From a bacterium (GTDB taxonomy: Bacteria > Auribacterota > Tritonobacteria > UBA1439), in assembly GCA_028716845.1 (NCBI GenBank), contig JAQUPF010000001.1, positions 119,647-183,646 of the forward strand: a stretch of 64,000 nt of DNA, in the 5' to 3' direction. Positions 1 to 8,548 of this stretch are shown one piece after another. The notes under the pieces are model-generated. The model did no database searches, was not told where the DNA came from, and saw nothing but the letters and a program-made list of their open reading frames with translations. How positions within the stretch are numbered: position 1 is the first letter of the stretch; every line of letters begins with the position of its first letter. The translations under genes were made by a program, and so were the position numbers.

Positions 1-263
1 ATGATGTGCCGCGCCTTGTTCCGGAAGAACCCCGTCGGCCTGATCTCCCGCTCGAGCGCCGCCCGCCTCGCCCGCGCGAAGTGCGCGGCGGTCGGGTATT
101 TCCGGAAGAGGGCGGGGGTGATCCTGTTCACCCGCTCGTCGGTGCACTGCGCGGAGAGGATGGTCGCGACGAGGATCTGGAGGGGGCCCTCGTGCCGGAG
201 CGCGGTGCGGCTCCGGGGATAGGCCTTCCGCAGTATCGCGATGATCCGTTCGATGGGGGCCAT
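1..263 (-). CDS. nth: Endonuclease III (Nth), N-terminal part. The gene runs off the left edge.
   Basis: Not in the ORF track because there is no stop in the window. Reverse-strand translation from ATG at 263-261 reads MAPIERIIAILRKAYPRSRTALRHEGPLQILVATILSAQCTDERVNRITPALFRKYPTAAHFARA. This is a typical Nth/HhH-GPD N-terminus (LVAtILSAQcTDerVN). Confidence 0.75.
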   Translation of the reverse strand, partial: MAPIERIIAILRKAYPRSRTALRHEGPLQILVATILSAQCTDERVNRITPALFRKYPTAAHFARARRAALEREIRPTGFFRNKARHI

Positions 264-297
264 TGCTTCTCCGGGGCGCACGGGGGAATTCCGGGAG

Positions 298-334
298 AAA
301 AAAGCCCCGGCCCCCGATGAACGGGGACCGGGGC
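298..334 (-). terminator. Rho-independent terminator candidate downstream of csp
   Basis: Minus strand reads GCCCCGGTCCCCG-TTCA-TCGGGGGCCGGGGC followed by TTTTTTCT. It starts 18 nt after the csp stop. Confidence 0.6.
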
Positions 335-351
335 TCGCATCGTTCGATATG

Positions 352-561
352 TTACCTCGCACCCTGCCTGATCACGTTGACGGCCTGCATGCCCTTCCGG
401 CCGGGGGCCACCTCGAACTCCACAACCTCTCCCTCGGTCAGGGTCTTGAAGCCCTCCCCCTGGATCGAGGAGTGGTGGACGAACAGGTCCTCACCGCTCT
501 CGGGGGTGATGAACCCGTAGCCCTTCCGGTCGTTGAACCATTTCACCGTGCCTCGTGCCAT
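352..561 (-). CDS. cspA: Cold-shock protein (CspA family, 69 aa)
   Basis: C-terminal 69 aa of ORF 352..732: [33 protein letters not shown]. The RNP1/RNP2 motifs KGYGFI and VFVHH-like are present. AAGGAG RBS lies upstream of the ATG at 561. Confidence 0.95.
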   Translation of the reverse strand: MARGTVKWFNDRKGYGFITPESGEDLFVHHSSIQGEGFKTLTEGEVVEFEVAPGRKGMQAVNVIRQGAR

Positions 562-751
562 TCCAACCGACTCCTTCTGCGACGCCGGGCCCGCCCCGTT
601 CGGACAGGCAACCGACCTGCCCCTGGCGGGGCGCCTTCCCCGGCGGAAGGCCCCGGCTGCAAAAACGCCACGAGGTCGAGCGGCATCCTCGTGACGTTCG
701 GCCCGGACGGGCCGTTCCCTAGCCAAGGCCATGCCCCACTCTTACACCGGC

Positions 752-779
752 ATGATAGCAAAGAGCGGCGACACCGCAA
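752..779 (-). promoter_or_regulatory. Candidate sigma70-type promoter (TTGCGG-N16-TATCAT) that would give a roughly 190-nt csp 5' UTR
   Basis: Minus-strand hexamers read by eye. A long leader is typical of cspA-type genes. No experimental support. Confidence 0.3.
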
Positions 780-825
780 CACCCTTTTTTCGCCGCGCAA
801 GCCGTAAAAAGTTCAGGAACAAATC

Positions 826-1012
826 CACCGCGGATTGCCGCGGATCATTGACGGATGTAACTACAGTTCAAAGTGAAAAGTCAAAAGTTCATAGTGTGGG
901 TAATCCGCGTCAATCCGCGGCAAAGACTTCATGTCTTCCGGCTGTGGCTGAATCCGCGAAGATCAGTGCTGATCCGCAAGAATCCGTGCCAATCCGTGGT
1001 GAATTGGTTCTT
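826..1012. repeat. Composite intergenic repeat, copy 1: phased CGCGGAT/ATCCGYG heptamers plus ACTACAGTTCAAAGT core
   Basis: Left-arm heptamers end at 835, 845 and 856. Core AACTACAGTTCAAAGTGAAAAGTCAAAAGTTCATAGT lies at 859-895. ATCCGCG-type heptamers start at 903, 913, 952, 962, 972, 982, 992 and 1003. The core is near-identical to 25494-25530. Confidence 0.9.
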
Positions 1013-1096
1013 TGCATACAGGCGTTGTGGGCATTCCGCCGGCGGCGTTGCGGTCGCGCGCCGCTTTCGGTACCATATGCCCTTCGCACGGAAGGG

Positions 1097-1618
1097 ATGG
1101 GAACCGCCATGCACCGAATGACGACCCTCGCCGCCGCGGCGGCGCTCCTCGCCGGCGCGGCGGCCGCCGACGACGAGATCAAGGGCCGGATCACGGCGAT
1201 CGATCCGCCGGCCGGGCGGATCGAGATCTCGGGTGTCGCCGTCGACGCGTCCGGGGCGAAGGTGCGGACGCTCGCCCGCATCCCCGCGAGGCTCTCCGAC
1301 CTCCGGATCGGCAACCTCGTCGAGGCGGAGGGCGCGTTCACCGGTCCCGGCGCGTTCAGGGCGCGACGGGTCCAGCGGGAGCTCGGCCGCGACGGGGAGA
1401 TCGAGGGGACGATCGAGCGCGTGGACTCGAATCCGACCGCCGTCGTCATCGGCGGCGTCGCCGTCGCGGTCCCCCCGGAGGCCGTCGTCATCGACCCGCG
1501 CCACCTGCTCTCGGCCCGCGAGCGGCTCGCCCCGGGGGCGCGCGTGAGCTGCTCGGGGACCTGGACGGGGCCGCTCGCCTTCACCGCCCGCACGGTGCGC
1601 TTCACCTGGGAGCGGTGA
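1097..1618 (+). CDS. Secreted protein of unknown function (DUF5666-like beta-rich repeats)
   Basis: Part of ORF 731..1618. The upstream part of that ORF runs through the repeat element, so I start at ATG 1097 (or 1109). Signal-like N-terminus MHRMTTLAAAAALLAGAAAADDE. Repeated I..ID...G.I.I.GV.V pattern. Confidence 0.6.
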   Translation: MGTAMHRMTTLAAAAALLAGAAAADDEIKGRITAIDPPAGRIEISGVAVDASGAKVRTLARIPARLSDLRIGNLVEAEGAFTGPGAFRARRVQRELGRDGEIEGTIERVDSNPTAVVIGGVAVAVPPEAVVIDPRHLLSARERLAPGARVSCSGTWTGPLAFTARTVRFTWER

Positions 1619-1628
1619 GGGGCCGCGG

Positions 1629-2828
1629 ATGAAGCCGCTCTACACCCCCCAGTACCTCAAGCTGAACGCCGTCTTCTGCCTCCTGTTCATCTCCCTCACG
1701 ATGTTCTACCTCCTGCCGATCCACATCGAGAACCTCGGCGGGAGCCGGTTCATGATCGGCGTCATCATGGGCTCCTGCGAGGCGACGGCGGTCGTCCTGC
1801 GCCTCTTCTTCAGCGGGGCGATGGATAGGGCGGGGAGAAAGAAGGTCCTGTTCGCCGGGGCCGCCCTGATGGCCGCGGCCTGCTTCCTCTTCCCCACCGT
1901 CGACCGGCCGGGGATGCGCGCCATCCTCCTCCGCGTCCTCCTCGGTGCCGGCTACGGAGCGTTCTTCACCGCCTCGTTCACCATCGCCGCCGCGCTGTCC
2001 CCCCCGGAGCGGCTCGCCGAGGCGCTCGGCACGCTCGGCGTCGGCGCCATGATCGCCCAGGGGGTGGGGCCGTGGCTCGGCGGCAGGGTCGTCGCCGCGC
2101 ACGGCTTCAGCGGGATGTTCGCCGCGGCGGGCGTGTTCGCGGCGGCGGGGGCCCTCATCACCCTCTCCTTGGAGGAGTCGACCTCGCCGGCCTTCTGCCT
2201 CGCCGACCGGCGCGACGCGCGCCGCCTCCTCACGGGCGCCCTGCCGTGGCTCATGGTCCTCACCTTCTGCCACGCGGCCGGCCGCGGTTCCATCATCTCC
2301 TTCTTTTCCGACTTCGCGCGCGGGCGCGGCCTCGGGAATCCGGCCGTCTTCTTCGCCGCCTTCTCCGCGGCGGCCGTGGCGGGCCGCCTCGCCGGCGGGA
2401 GGGCCATCGACAGGATCGGGCGCCGGCGGATGCTCATTCCCTCCATCGCCCTGTTCGCGGCGGGGCCCGTCTCCGTCGCCTTCATCGCGTCGACGGGCGG
2501 GATGGCGGCGAGCGGCGCCCTCTGCGGCCTCGGGCAGGCGCTCCTCTACCCGGTCCTCATGTCGCTCTCCGTCGCGGGGACCCACGTCTGCGACCTGGGG
2601 GTCACCGTGGGGCTGTTCACCGCGTCCTTCGACGCCGGGCTGGGGGCCGGCTCGATCGCGTGGGGGGCCGTGGCGGGCCGCTTCGGCTACACGGCGATGT
2701 ACCTCTCGGCGGGCGCGGTCGTGGCGGCGTCGGCGGCGTTCAGACGGAAGATAGGAGAGCGCGCGGCCCCGATATCGGCTATCGACCCGGCCCGCCGCGC
2801 GGCCGCGCCGCGAGATCGGCGATGGTGA
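1629..2828 (+). CDS. MFS transporter
   Basis: 399 aa with about 12 hydrophobic segments. MFS loop motif MDRAGRKKV lies between TM2 and TM3, with a second copy AIDRIGRRRM. Confidence 0.85.
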   Translation: MKPLYTPQYLKLNAVFCLLFISLTMFYLLPIHIENLGGSRFMIGVIMGSCEATAVVLRLFFSGAMDRAGRKKVLFAGAALMAAACFLFPTVDRPGMRAILLRVLLGAGYGAFFTASFTIAAALSPPERLAEALGTLGVGAMIAQGVGPWLGGRVVAAHGFSGMFAAAGVFAAAGALITLSLEESTSPAFCLADRRDARRLLTGALPWLMVLTFCHAAGRGSIISFFSDFARGRGLGNPAVFFAAFSAAAVAGRLAGGRAIDRIGRRRMLIPSIALFAAGPVSVAFIASTGGMAASGALCGLGQALLYPVLMSLSVAGTHVCDLGVTVGLFTASFDAGLGAGSIAWGAVAGRFGYTAMYLSAGAVVAASAAFRRKIGERAAPISAIDPARRAAAPRDRRW

Positions 2829-3201
2829 CGGAATCGAGGTACCGCTCCATCCGGTCGTTCAGGCGCTTCCAGACGGCGCGCGCCGCGCAGCGGCGCGACC
2901 TCGGGCAGGCGGAGGAATCCTTCGCGCATTCGATGAGGACCACGCCACCCTCCACCGCCTCCCAGACGTCGCGGAGCGTGATTCGGTCGGGGCTCCTCCC
3001 GATCTCGTAGCCGCCCTGCGCCCCGCGGTACGACTTGAGGAGCCGGGCCGCCCGGAGCGGGATCACGATCTGCCCGAGGTACTTGGCGGAGATCCCCTGG
3101 CGCCGGGCGACCTCGCCGAGGAGGACGGGGCCCTCCCCCCGGCGGCGGGCGAGCTCCATCAGGAGCCGGAGGCCGTACCGCACCCGCGTCGTGATCTTCA
3201 T
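2779..3201 (-). CDS. Rrf2-family transcriptional regulator with a Cys triad (Cx6Cx5C)
   Basis: MKITTRVRYGLRLLMELARR...ISAKYLGQIV is a typical Rrf2 wHTH. ECAKDSSACPRSRRC is a cluster-ligand-like triad. Its start overlaps the upstream gene's stop (ATGA at 3198-3201). Confidence 0.85.
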   Translation of the reverse strand: MKITTRVRYGLRLLMELARRRGEGPVLLGEVARRQGISAKYLGQIVIPLRAARLLKSYRGAQGGYEIGRSPDRITLRDVWEAVEGGVVLIECAKDSSACPRSRRCAARAVWKRLNDRMERYLDSVTIADLAARPRGGPGR

Positions 3202-3866
3202 GTCGCCTCGACCCCGCCCGCCGCGGGCTCCATGTCGATCGCCCGTTCGAAATACCGCTCCATCAACGGGATCCTGCTCTCGACGTACGGTCGGATGGAC
3301 CGCTTGTCGAGGACCGGGTTGTTCCCGAAGAGGCAATACGGCTGCACGGGAGTCGTCGGCACCGCGCCGCCGAGGGTGAGGTGGCCGGGGACGAGGTCGG
3401 GGAACTCGTAGAACGGGTGCTCGCAGGAGAAGCCGAACCGCCGCGCGAAGGCGTCCGCCGGAACCATGTAATCCGGCGTCTGCTCGGGGTAGAAGTCCTG
3501 TTCCCGCTTGAAGCCGTCGGCGATGCGGCCGATGCCGTTCCGGCGGCAGTGCAGCATCGCCTCGGTCAGCATGGCGAGCTTGCAGCCGCAGCAGACGAGG
3601 TTGCCGTACCGCCGGACATCCTCCTCGAGCCCCTTGATGGCGAGCTCATGGAAGAGGTGCGTGGAGTCGAGGAGGCGCCACGTGCAGCGGCCGGGGAACT
3701 GCCGCGCGATCCAGCCCGCCTTGTACTCCGACAGCTCGAGCCACTTCTCGGCGCCGTTGTCGAAGGTGAGGAGGTGGGCACGGCACCCCCGCTTCAGGAA
3801 GTAGACGGCGGCGGCGGTGCTGTCGACGCCGCCGGAAAAGAGGATCGCCACCTCGTCGCTCCCCAT
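3198..3866 (-). CDS. PP-loop ATP pyrophosphatase superfamily protein (adenine nucleotide alpha-hydrolase). Specific function unknown.
   Basis: The N-terminal motif ILFSGGVDST is a PP-loop SGGxDS. Cys-rich segment NLVCCGCKLAM. 222 aa. Confidence 0.7.
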   Translation of the reverse strand: MGSDEVAILFSGGVDSTAAAVYFLKRGCRAHLLTFDNGAEKWLELSEYKAGWIARQFPGRCTWRLLDSTHLFHELAIKGLEEDVRRYGNLVCCGCKLAMLTEAMLHCRRNGIGRIADGFKREQDFYPEQTPDYMVPADAFARRFGFSCEHPFYEFPDLVPGHLTLGGAVPTTPVQPYCLFGNNPVLDKRSIRPYVESRIPLMERYFERAIDMEPAAGGVEAT

Positions 3867-3960
3867 CCCGCCCTCCCCGCCCCGCGCAGTCGCGGCGGCC
3901 GGCTCCCTTCATTCATTATCGTATTGCTAGAATAGCAGGATCACGGCCACGAAGCAAGAA

Positions 3961-4295
3961 TGCGATGCGGATTGACACGGATTTCACCATGCCACAGAGA
4001 TCACAGAGAGCGCGGAGGGAACGGTCTTTGCCGCAGATGTTCACCAATCTTCGATGGCGGGATGTCTTTTCTTCCGGCGTTCAACTTCTCACCACGGTGG
4101 ATGCTCTGTGACCTCTGTGTACTCCGTGGCGCACTACAACCGCTTGGATCCGCGTTCATCAGCGGTTCGCCACTCGTATTCGCGGAGATCCGCGGCTGAA
4201 ACGCCGGCTCGTTCGGCTGTTCGCCCCTGACCGCGGACGGATCCGTCTCTCCTGGCGTGATCCGCGGCATGATGATCCGTGCGAATCAGTCAACA
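3961..4295. repeat. Heptamer-array repeat region (GCGGAT/CACGGAT left, ATCCGCG/ATCAGCG/ATCCGTG right)
   Basis: Heptamers end at 3972 and 3982. Right-arm heptamers start at 4148, 4158, 4178 and 4188 (10-bp phase), then 4241, 4260, 4275 and 4285. Shares ATCCGCGGCTGAAAC with the copy at 25548-25563. Confidence 0.75.
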
Positions 4296-4341
4296 AGCCG
4301 CGCGGATCTGTTGCGGGGGATACATGGAATCTGCTGCGGGG

Positions 4342-4824
4342 CTAGGCCGGTCGGCGCTCAGCCAGCTTCCGGCGGGCGAGGCGGGCCCCCTCGAGGATCG
4401 CCTCGTAGCCGGTGCAGCGGCAGAGGTGGCGCGCGAGCGCCTCGACGATCGCCTCGTCGGGGGCGTCCGGCTGCCGGGAGAAGAGCGCGTCGAGTTCCAT
4501 GACGATCCCCGGGATGCAGTAGCCGCACTGGACCGCGCCCGCCTCGATCATCGCCTCCTGGACCGGGTGGAGTGCCCTCCCGTCGGCCATCCCCTCGATG
4601 GTGCGCACCTCCCTGCCGTCGGCCTTCGCGGCGAGGAAGAGGCAGCTCCGCTCCGCCTTCCCGTCCACGACGACGACGCAGGCGCCGCAGGAGCCGTCGT
4701 CGCAGCCGCGCTTCGTGCCGGTGAGGCCGAGCCGCTCCCGCAGGACATCGATGAGCCGCTCGCCGTCCTCGACCTCGACGCTGCGGCGGACGCCGTTGAC
4801 CGTGAGCGTGATCGTCTGTCCCAT
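4342..4824 (-). CDS. (2Fe-2S)-binding small subunit of a xanthine dehydrogenase/aldehyde oxidoreductase-family enzyme
   Basis: Last 160 aa of ORF 4342..6327: MGQTITLTVNG...GCDDGSCGACVVVVDG...CGYCIPG...CRCTGY. Both 2Fe-2S Cys motifs are present. Confidence 0.9.
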   Translation of the reverse strand: MGQTITLTVNGVRRSVEVEDGERLIDVLRERLGLTGTKRGCDDGSCGACVVVVDGKAERSCLFLAAKADGREVRTIEGMADGRALHPVQEAMIEAGAVQCGYCIPGIVMELDALFSRQPDAPDEAIVEALARHLCRCTGYEAILEGARLARRKLAERRPA

Positions 4825-7151
4825 CAGTTCTTCCCCTTCTCCTCGAGCGCCTTCTTGATCTTTTCCGGGGTGACCGGGATCTCGTAGAACTCCACGCCGA
4901 TGGCGTCGTGGATCGCGTTGAGGATCGCCGGGGCGACGCCGATGACCGGGTGCTCCCCGATGCCGCGCGCGCCGTAGGGGCCGATATGCTCCGGCGTCTC
5001 CACGAACTCGACCGTCCACCTGCCCGGCATCTCCCGCACGGTCGGGAAGCCGTACTTCCTGAAGTGGGGGTTGACCGCCGTGCCGTCCGGCCTGAACCTG
5101 AGCTCCTCGTAGAGGGTCGCGCCGATCGCCATCATCGCCCCGCCGGTCACCTGCCCCCTGATCTGCCGCGGGTTGATGACCCTCCCGACGTCGAAGCAGG
5201 AGGCGAGATGGTCGATGATGACCCTGCCGGTGGCCTTCTCGATCCGGAGCTCGCACGCCTGGGCGCCGAAGGTGTAGGTGATCCCCATCGTCCCCTGGCC
5301 GCACGCGTCCGGGTTGGACTGCCGCGGGAGGCGGGTGTCGGAGGTCGCGTGGACGACCTCGCCGACGGTCACGCCGTCGTCGTACATGTAGCCGCGGGCG
5401 AGCTTCGCGACCGCCACCCGCACGCTCGGGTCGTGGTTGAGAAAGATGTGCTCGCCGTCGTAGACGAGCCGGTCCTCGTCCACGCGGAGCACCTGCGCGG
5501 CCGTCCGTTTCATCATCGCGATGGCCTTCTCGGCGGCGCGGATGACCGACCGCCCCCCCTGGATCGTGAACATGGAGCCGATCGTCTGCCACTCCCAGGG
5601 CGAGAACTGCGTGTCGATCTCGGTGTAGACGGCGATCCGCTCGGGGGGGATCCTGAGCGCCTCGGCCGCCACCTGCCGCACCACCGTCCGGAGGCCCTGG
5701 CCGACCTCGGCGCCGCCCATGTTGATGGAGACGCTCCCGTCGGCGTTGAACTTGAGGTAGCAGCTCTTCGACGAGAACGGGGCGCCCTTCGGCGACTTCA
5801 TGAGCGCCGCGAAGCCGCGCCCGTAGTAGTAGCGGTCGTCCTCCGCCGCCGCCTTCGGCCTCGAGAAGACGATCTCCCGGATGACCGCGGCGCACTTCCG
5901 CACGTCGCCGTTCGACTCCCAGAGGCGCTCGCCGAGGGAGGTGGTCCTGCCGGGGCCGAGGTAGTTCTTCTCCCGGAGCGCGAACGGGTCCATGCCGAGC
6001 CTCCGGGCGAGGATGTCCATCATCCGCTCCACCGCGAACTGCGACTCCTGGTGGCCGTAGCCGCGGTAGGCGCCGACCGGCGGGGTGTTCGTGTAGACGG
6101 AGAGCCCCTCGAGGAGGCAGTGCGGGAACTCGTACGCGCCGGTCGAGTTGTGCGTGGCGGCGATGAGGACGTGGATGCCGGTGTCCTTCGAGGCGCCGGT
6201 CGAGTGGATGACGGTGGTCCGGAGCGCGGTGAGGGTCCCGTCGCGGCGCGCGCCGATCCTGATCCTCGTCCGCATGCCGTGGCCGATGAGGGTGCTGAGG
6301 AGGTCCTCCTGCCTCGTGGCGACCCACTTGACCGGCCGCCCGGGGACGAAGCTCGCGACATAGGCGACCGTCTGCTCGATGGTGACGTCCGACTTGTAGC
6401 CGAAGCAGCCGCCCACCTCGGGAATGTGGACGCGGACGGCGGAGGCCGGGAGGCCGTAGACGTGGGCGACGTCCTCGCGCACGATGAACGGGCAGATGGA
6501 GGACGACCAGATCTCGATCGTCCCGTCCTCGTGGAAGAGGGCGACCGCCCCGTGGGGCTCGATGGCGCCCGAGGAGCCGAACGGGTAGTTGAACTCCCCC
6601 TCGACGACGACCTCGGCCCGCCTGAACCCCTCATCGACGTCGCCCTTCCTGAGCGTGTAGCGGCCGGCGATGTTCGTCCCGGGGACGGCCTCCATCCCGG
6701 GCAGGTGCTCGAACGTCCCCGACTCCTCGTGGATGAGGACGGCGTCCTCCTTCATGGCGTCGCGGGCGTCGACGTAGACGGGCAGCGGTTCGTACCGGGC
6801 GACGATCTTCCCCACCGCGGCCCGCGCCTCACGCACCGTCTCGGCGATGACGGCCGCGACCGGCTCGCCGATCCACCGCACCTTGCCGACGGCGAGCGGC
6901 AGGCGGTCCTTGATGTTCTCGCCGTAGCGGAACCGGATGTCCCTCCCCGTGACGACCTTCACCACCCCGGGCATCCGCTCCGCCTCGGCGGTGTCGATCG
7001 AGAGGATCTTCGCGTGCGCGTGCGTCGGCCGCAGGAAGGCGGCGTGGAGCATGCCCGGCAGGCGGAGATCGTCGAGGAAGCGGACCTTCCCCGTGGCCTT
7101 GGCGACCGCGTCCGGCCGCGGGACGTTCTTGCCGATGTAGGTGAATTCCAT
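4824..7151 (-). CDS. Molybdopterin-binding large subunit of a xanthine dehydrogenase/aldehyde oxidoreductase-family enzyme
   Basis: 775 aa starting MEFTYIGKNVPRPDAVAKATGKVRFLDD. GGCFG and GEHP-type motifs are present. Its stop overlaps the small-subunit start by 1 nt (TGATG). Confidence 0.9.
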   Translation of the reverse strand: MEFTYIGKNVPRPDAVAKATGKVRFLDDLRLPGMLHAAFLRPTHAHAKILSIDTAEAERMPGVVKVVTGRDIRFRYGENIKDRLPLAVGKVRWIGEPVAAVIAETVREARAAVGKIVARYEPLPVYVDARDAMKEDAVLIHEESGTFEHLPGMEAVPGTNIAGRYTLRKGDVDEGFRRAEVVVEGEFNYPFGSSGAIEPHGAVALFHEDGTIEIWSSSICPFIVREDVAHVYGLPASAVRVHIPEVGGCFGYKSDVTIEQTVAYVASFVPGRPVKWVATRQEDLLSTLIGHGMRTRIRIGARRDGTLTALRTTVIHSTGASKDTGIHVLIAATHNSTGAYEFPHCLLEGLSVYTNTPPVGAYRGYGHQESQFAVERMMDILARRLGMDPFALREKNYLGPGRTTSLGERLWESNGDVRKCAAVIREIVFSRPKAAAEDDRYYYGRGFAALMKSPKGAPFSSKSCYLKFNADGSVSINMGGAEVGQGLRTVVRQVAAEALRIPPERIAVYTEIDTQFSPWEWQTIGSMFTIQGGRSVIRAAEKAIAMMKRTAAQVLRVDEDRLVYDGEHIFLNHDPSVRVAVAKLARGYMYDDGVTVGEVVHATSDTRLPRQSNPDACGQGTMGITYTFGAQACELRIEKATGRVIIDHLASCFDVGRVINPRQIRGQVTGGAMMAIGATLYEELRFRPDGTAVNPHFRKYGFPTVREMPGRWTVEFVETPEHIGPYGARGIGEHPVIGVAPAILNAIHDAIGVEFYEIPVTPEKIKKALEEKGKN

Positions 7152-7262
7152 GATCCGGCGATCGCTCCTCTGTGCCGCCCCCCGCGGGCGTCGGCCGCCC
7201 GGAGAAGGCGAAGAGAAATACTTATAGCATACCGCGACGCGGTCCGCCAGCCCGAAGGCGCC

Positions 7263-7598
7263 TCACTCCCCGAAGATGAGCCGGAGCCCCAGGGCGACGA
7301 GGAGGAGCGGCAGGACGAGCGGGGCGACGGCCTTCACGGTCGTCGCGATGATGTTGCTCGACGCGAGCGAATCGACGAGGCTCGCGACGCCGATGACGAG
7401 CAGGGCGACGCCCCCGATCGGCGTCCGTCGCCGCTCGGCCGCCGCCAGGTACTGCCGCACGACGAGGGCGAGGCCGACGCCGAGGAGGATGATGGGGGCG
7501 TAGTAGGAATCCGGCGCCGTGAAGGTGTGCACGATGATCGCGACGCCGATGCTGAGGAGCACGATGCCGCCGACGACCCGCGATTCTTTCGTTCCCAT
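7263..7598 (-). CDS. Small integral membrane protein (111 aa, about 4 TM)
   Basis: Internal ATG at 7598 is preceded by GGAGGGAACGT. The sequence is hydrophobic throughout. Confidence 0.6.
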   Translation of the reverse strand: MGTKESRVVGGIVLLSIGVAIIVHTFTAPDSYYAPIILLGVGLALVVRQYLAAAERRRTPIGGVALLVIGVASLVDSLASSNIIATTVKAVAPLVLPLLLVALGLRLIFGE

Positions 7599-7708
7599 AC
7601 GTTCCCTCCGCCCGTGTCCGCTCCGGGGCTCGTCCGGCCGAATGTGTTGACAGCCCCGCGGACAGACCATTATACTACGGGCACGATTGTCCGCAAGGAG
7701 GGGAAGTC

Positions 7709-8548
7709 ATGGCGAAACGGAAACGGCGGAAGACGAAGGGCGGCGCGGCCGCGGCGGGGAAGAAGACGTTGAAGGGGAAAAAGGCCCTGAAGCGGAAGCG
7801 GCGCGTGCGGAAGCGGGCGGCGGCCCCCGCGCCCGTCGCCGAGCGGAAGCCGCCGTACGTCGCCCCGAGGCGCGTCCACATCAAGGAGGAGGTGGCAAAG
7901 CTCCTGCCCCACGTCGACCCGAGGCTCATCAAGAAGCTCGACTACTGGGCGCTCTACACCATCCACCAGGACGTCGTCAAGGACGGCAAGGACGCCGAGG
8001 AGCTCGCCCGGCGGCTCATCAAGGGGTACGACCCCGCGAAGGCCAGGGGGATGGCCGAGGCCGCGGCGGCGAAGAAGACGAAAGAGGAGGAGCGCGAGCG
8101 ACGCATGAAAGAGGCGGCCACGAGGAAGGCGGAGGCACGGCAGAAGGCGGATGCCGCGAAGGCGCGCGCGCGCGCGGCGAGGGATCGCGCCCGGGCGGCG
8201 GCCCGCGCGGCCAAGGATCGGGCGCGGGCGGCGAGGATGCGGGCGAGGGCGCCGAAGGCCGCCGCACCCGCCCCTGCGCCGCCGCCCGCGGCCGCCGGCA
8301 AGGCCAAGGCGAAGGCGGCGGCCCCGAAGGGCGCCGTCACGTACCCGCGCGCGAGCTACGTCGCGCCGGTCCGGACCGCCATCAGGGACGAGCTCGTGAA
8401 GATCATTCCGGGGATCAAGCGCTCCGACCTCACCGGGATCGACTACTGGGCGCTCTACACGATGCACTCGGAGATCGTCAAGTACGGACGCGCCCCCGAG
8501 TCGCTCGCCCGGAAGTTCATCAAGGGGTACCAGAAGCCGAAGAAGTAG
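7709..8548 (+). CDS. Highly basic protein with two copies of an unknown DYWALYT-containing domain joined by a K/R/A-rich linker
   Basis: Strong RBS AAGGAGGGGAAGTC before the ATG. Residues about 45-115 and 205-279 align with each other (YVAP.R..I..E..K..P......L...DYWALYT.H...VK.G...E.LAR..IKGY). Confidence 0.8.
   Translation: MAKRKRRKTKGGAAAAGKKTLKGKKALKRKRRVRKRAAAPAPVAERKPPYVAPRRVHIKEEVAKLLPHVDPRLIKKLDYWALYTIHQDVVKDGKDAEELARRLIKGYDPAKARGMAEAAAAKKTKEEERERRMKEAATRKAEARQKADAAKARARAARDRARAAARAAKDRARAARMRARAPKAAAPAPAPPPAAAGKAKAKAAAPKGAVTYPRASYVAPVRTAIRDELVKIIPGIKRSDLTGIDYWALYTMHSEIVKYGRAPESLARKFIKGYQKPKK

Noticed and set aside
826-1012. Possible CRISPR array, given the short regularly spaced repeats
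   Set aside because: The period is 10 bp with 3-nt spacers, far too short for CRISPR. There are no cas genes, and the repeats occur in inverted arms.
731-1096. N-terminal extension of ORF 731..1618
   Set aside because: It runs through the intergenic repeat element. The signal peptide begins at 1097/1109.
2779-2828. 50-nt convergent overlap of the MFS and Rrf2 gene ends as a regulatory feature
   Set aside because: Short convergent overlaps are common in compact high-GC genomes, and there is no additional structure.
4825-6327. N-terminal 500 aa of ORF 4342..6327
   Set aside because: Only the last 160 aa (from ATG 4824) form the 2Fe-2S subunit. The upstream part is an out-of-frame read-through of the molybdopterin subunit gene.
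4908-7772. 954-aa plus-strand ORF, together with 52199..55387 (1062 aa), 7670..9250 (526 aa), 20893..22860 (655 aa), 37744..39885 (713 aa), 60806..62491 (561 aa) and similar
   Set aside because: All lie opposite to or out of frame with genes that have strong motif support. All have extreme Arg/Pro/Gly/Ala content and lack RBS or domain signatures.
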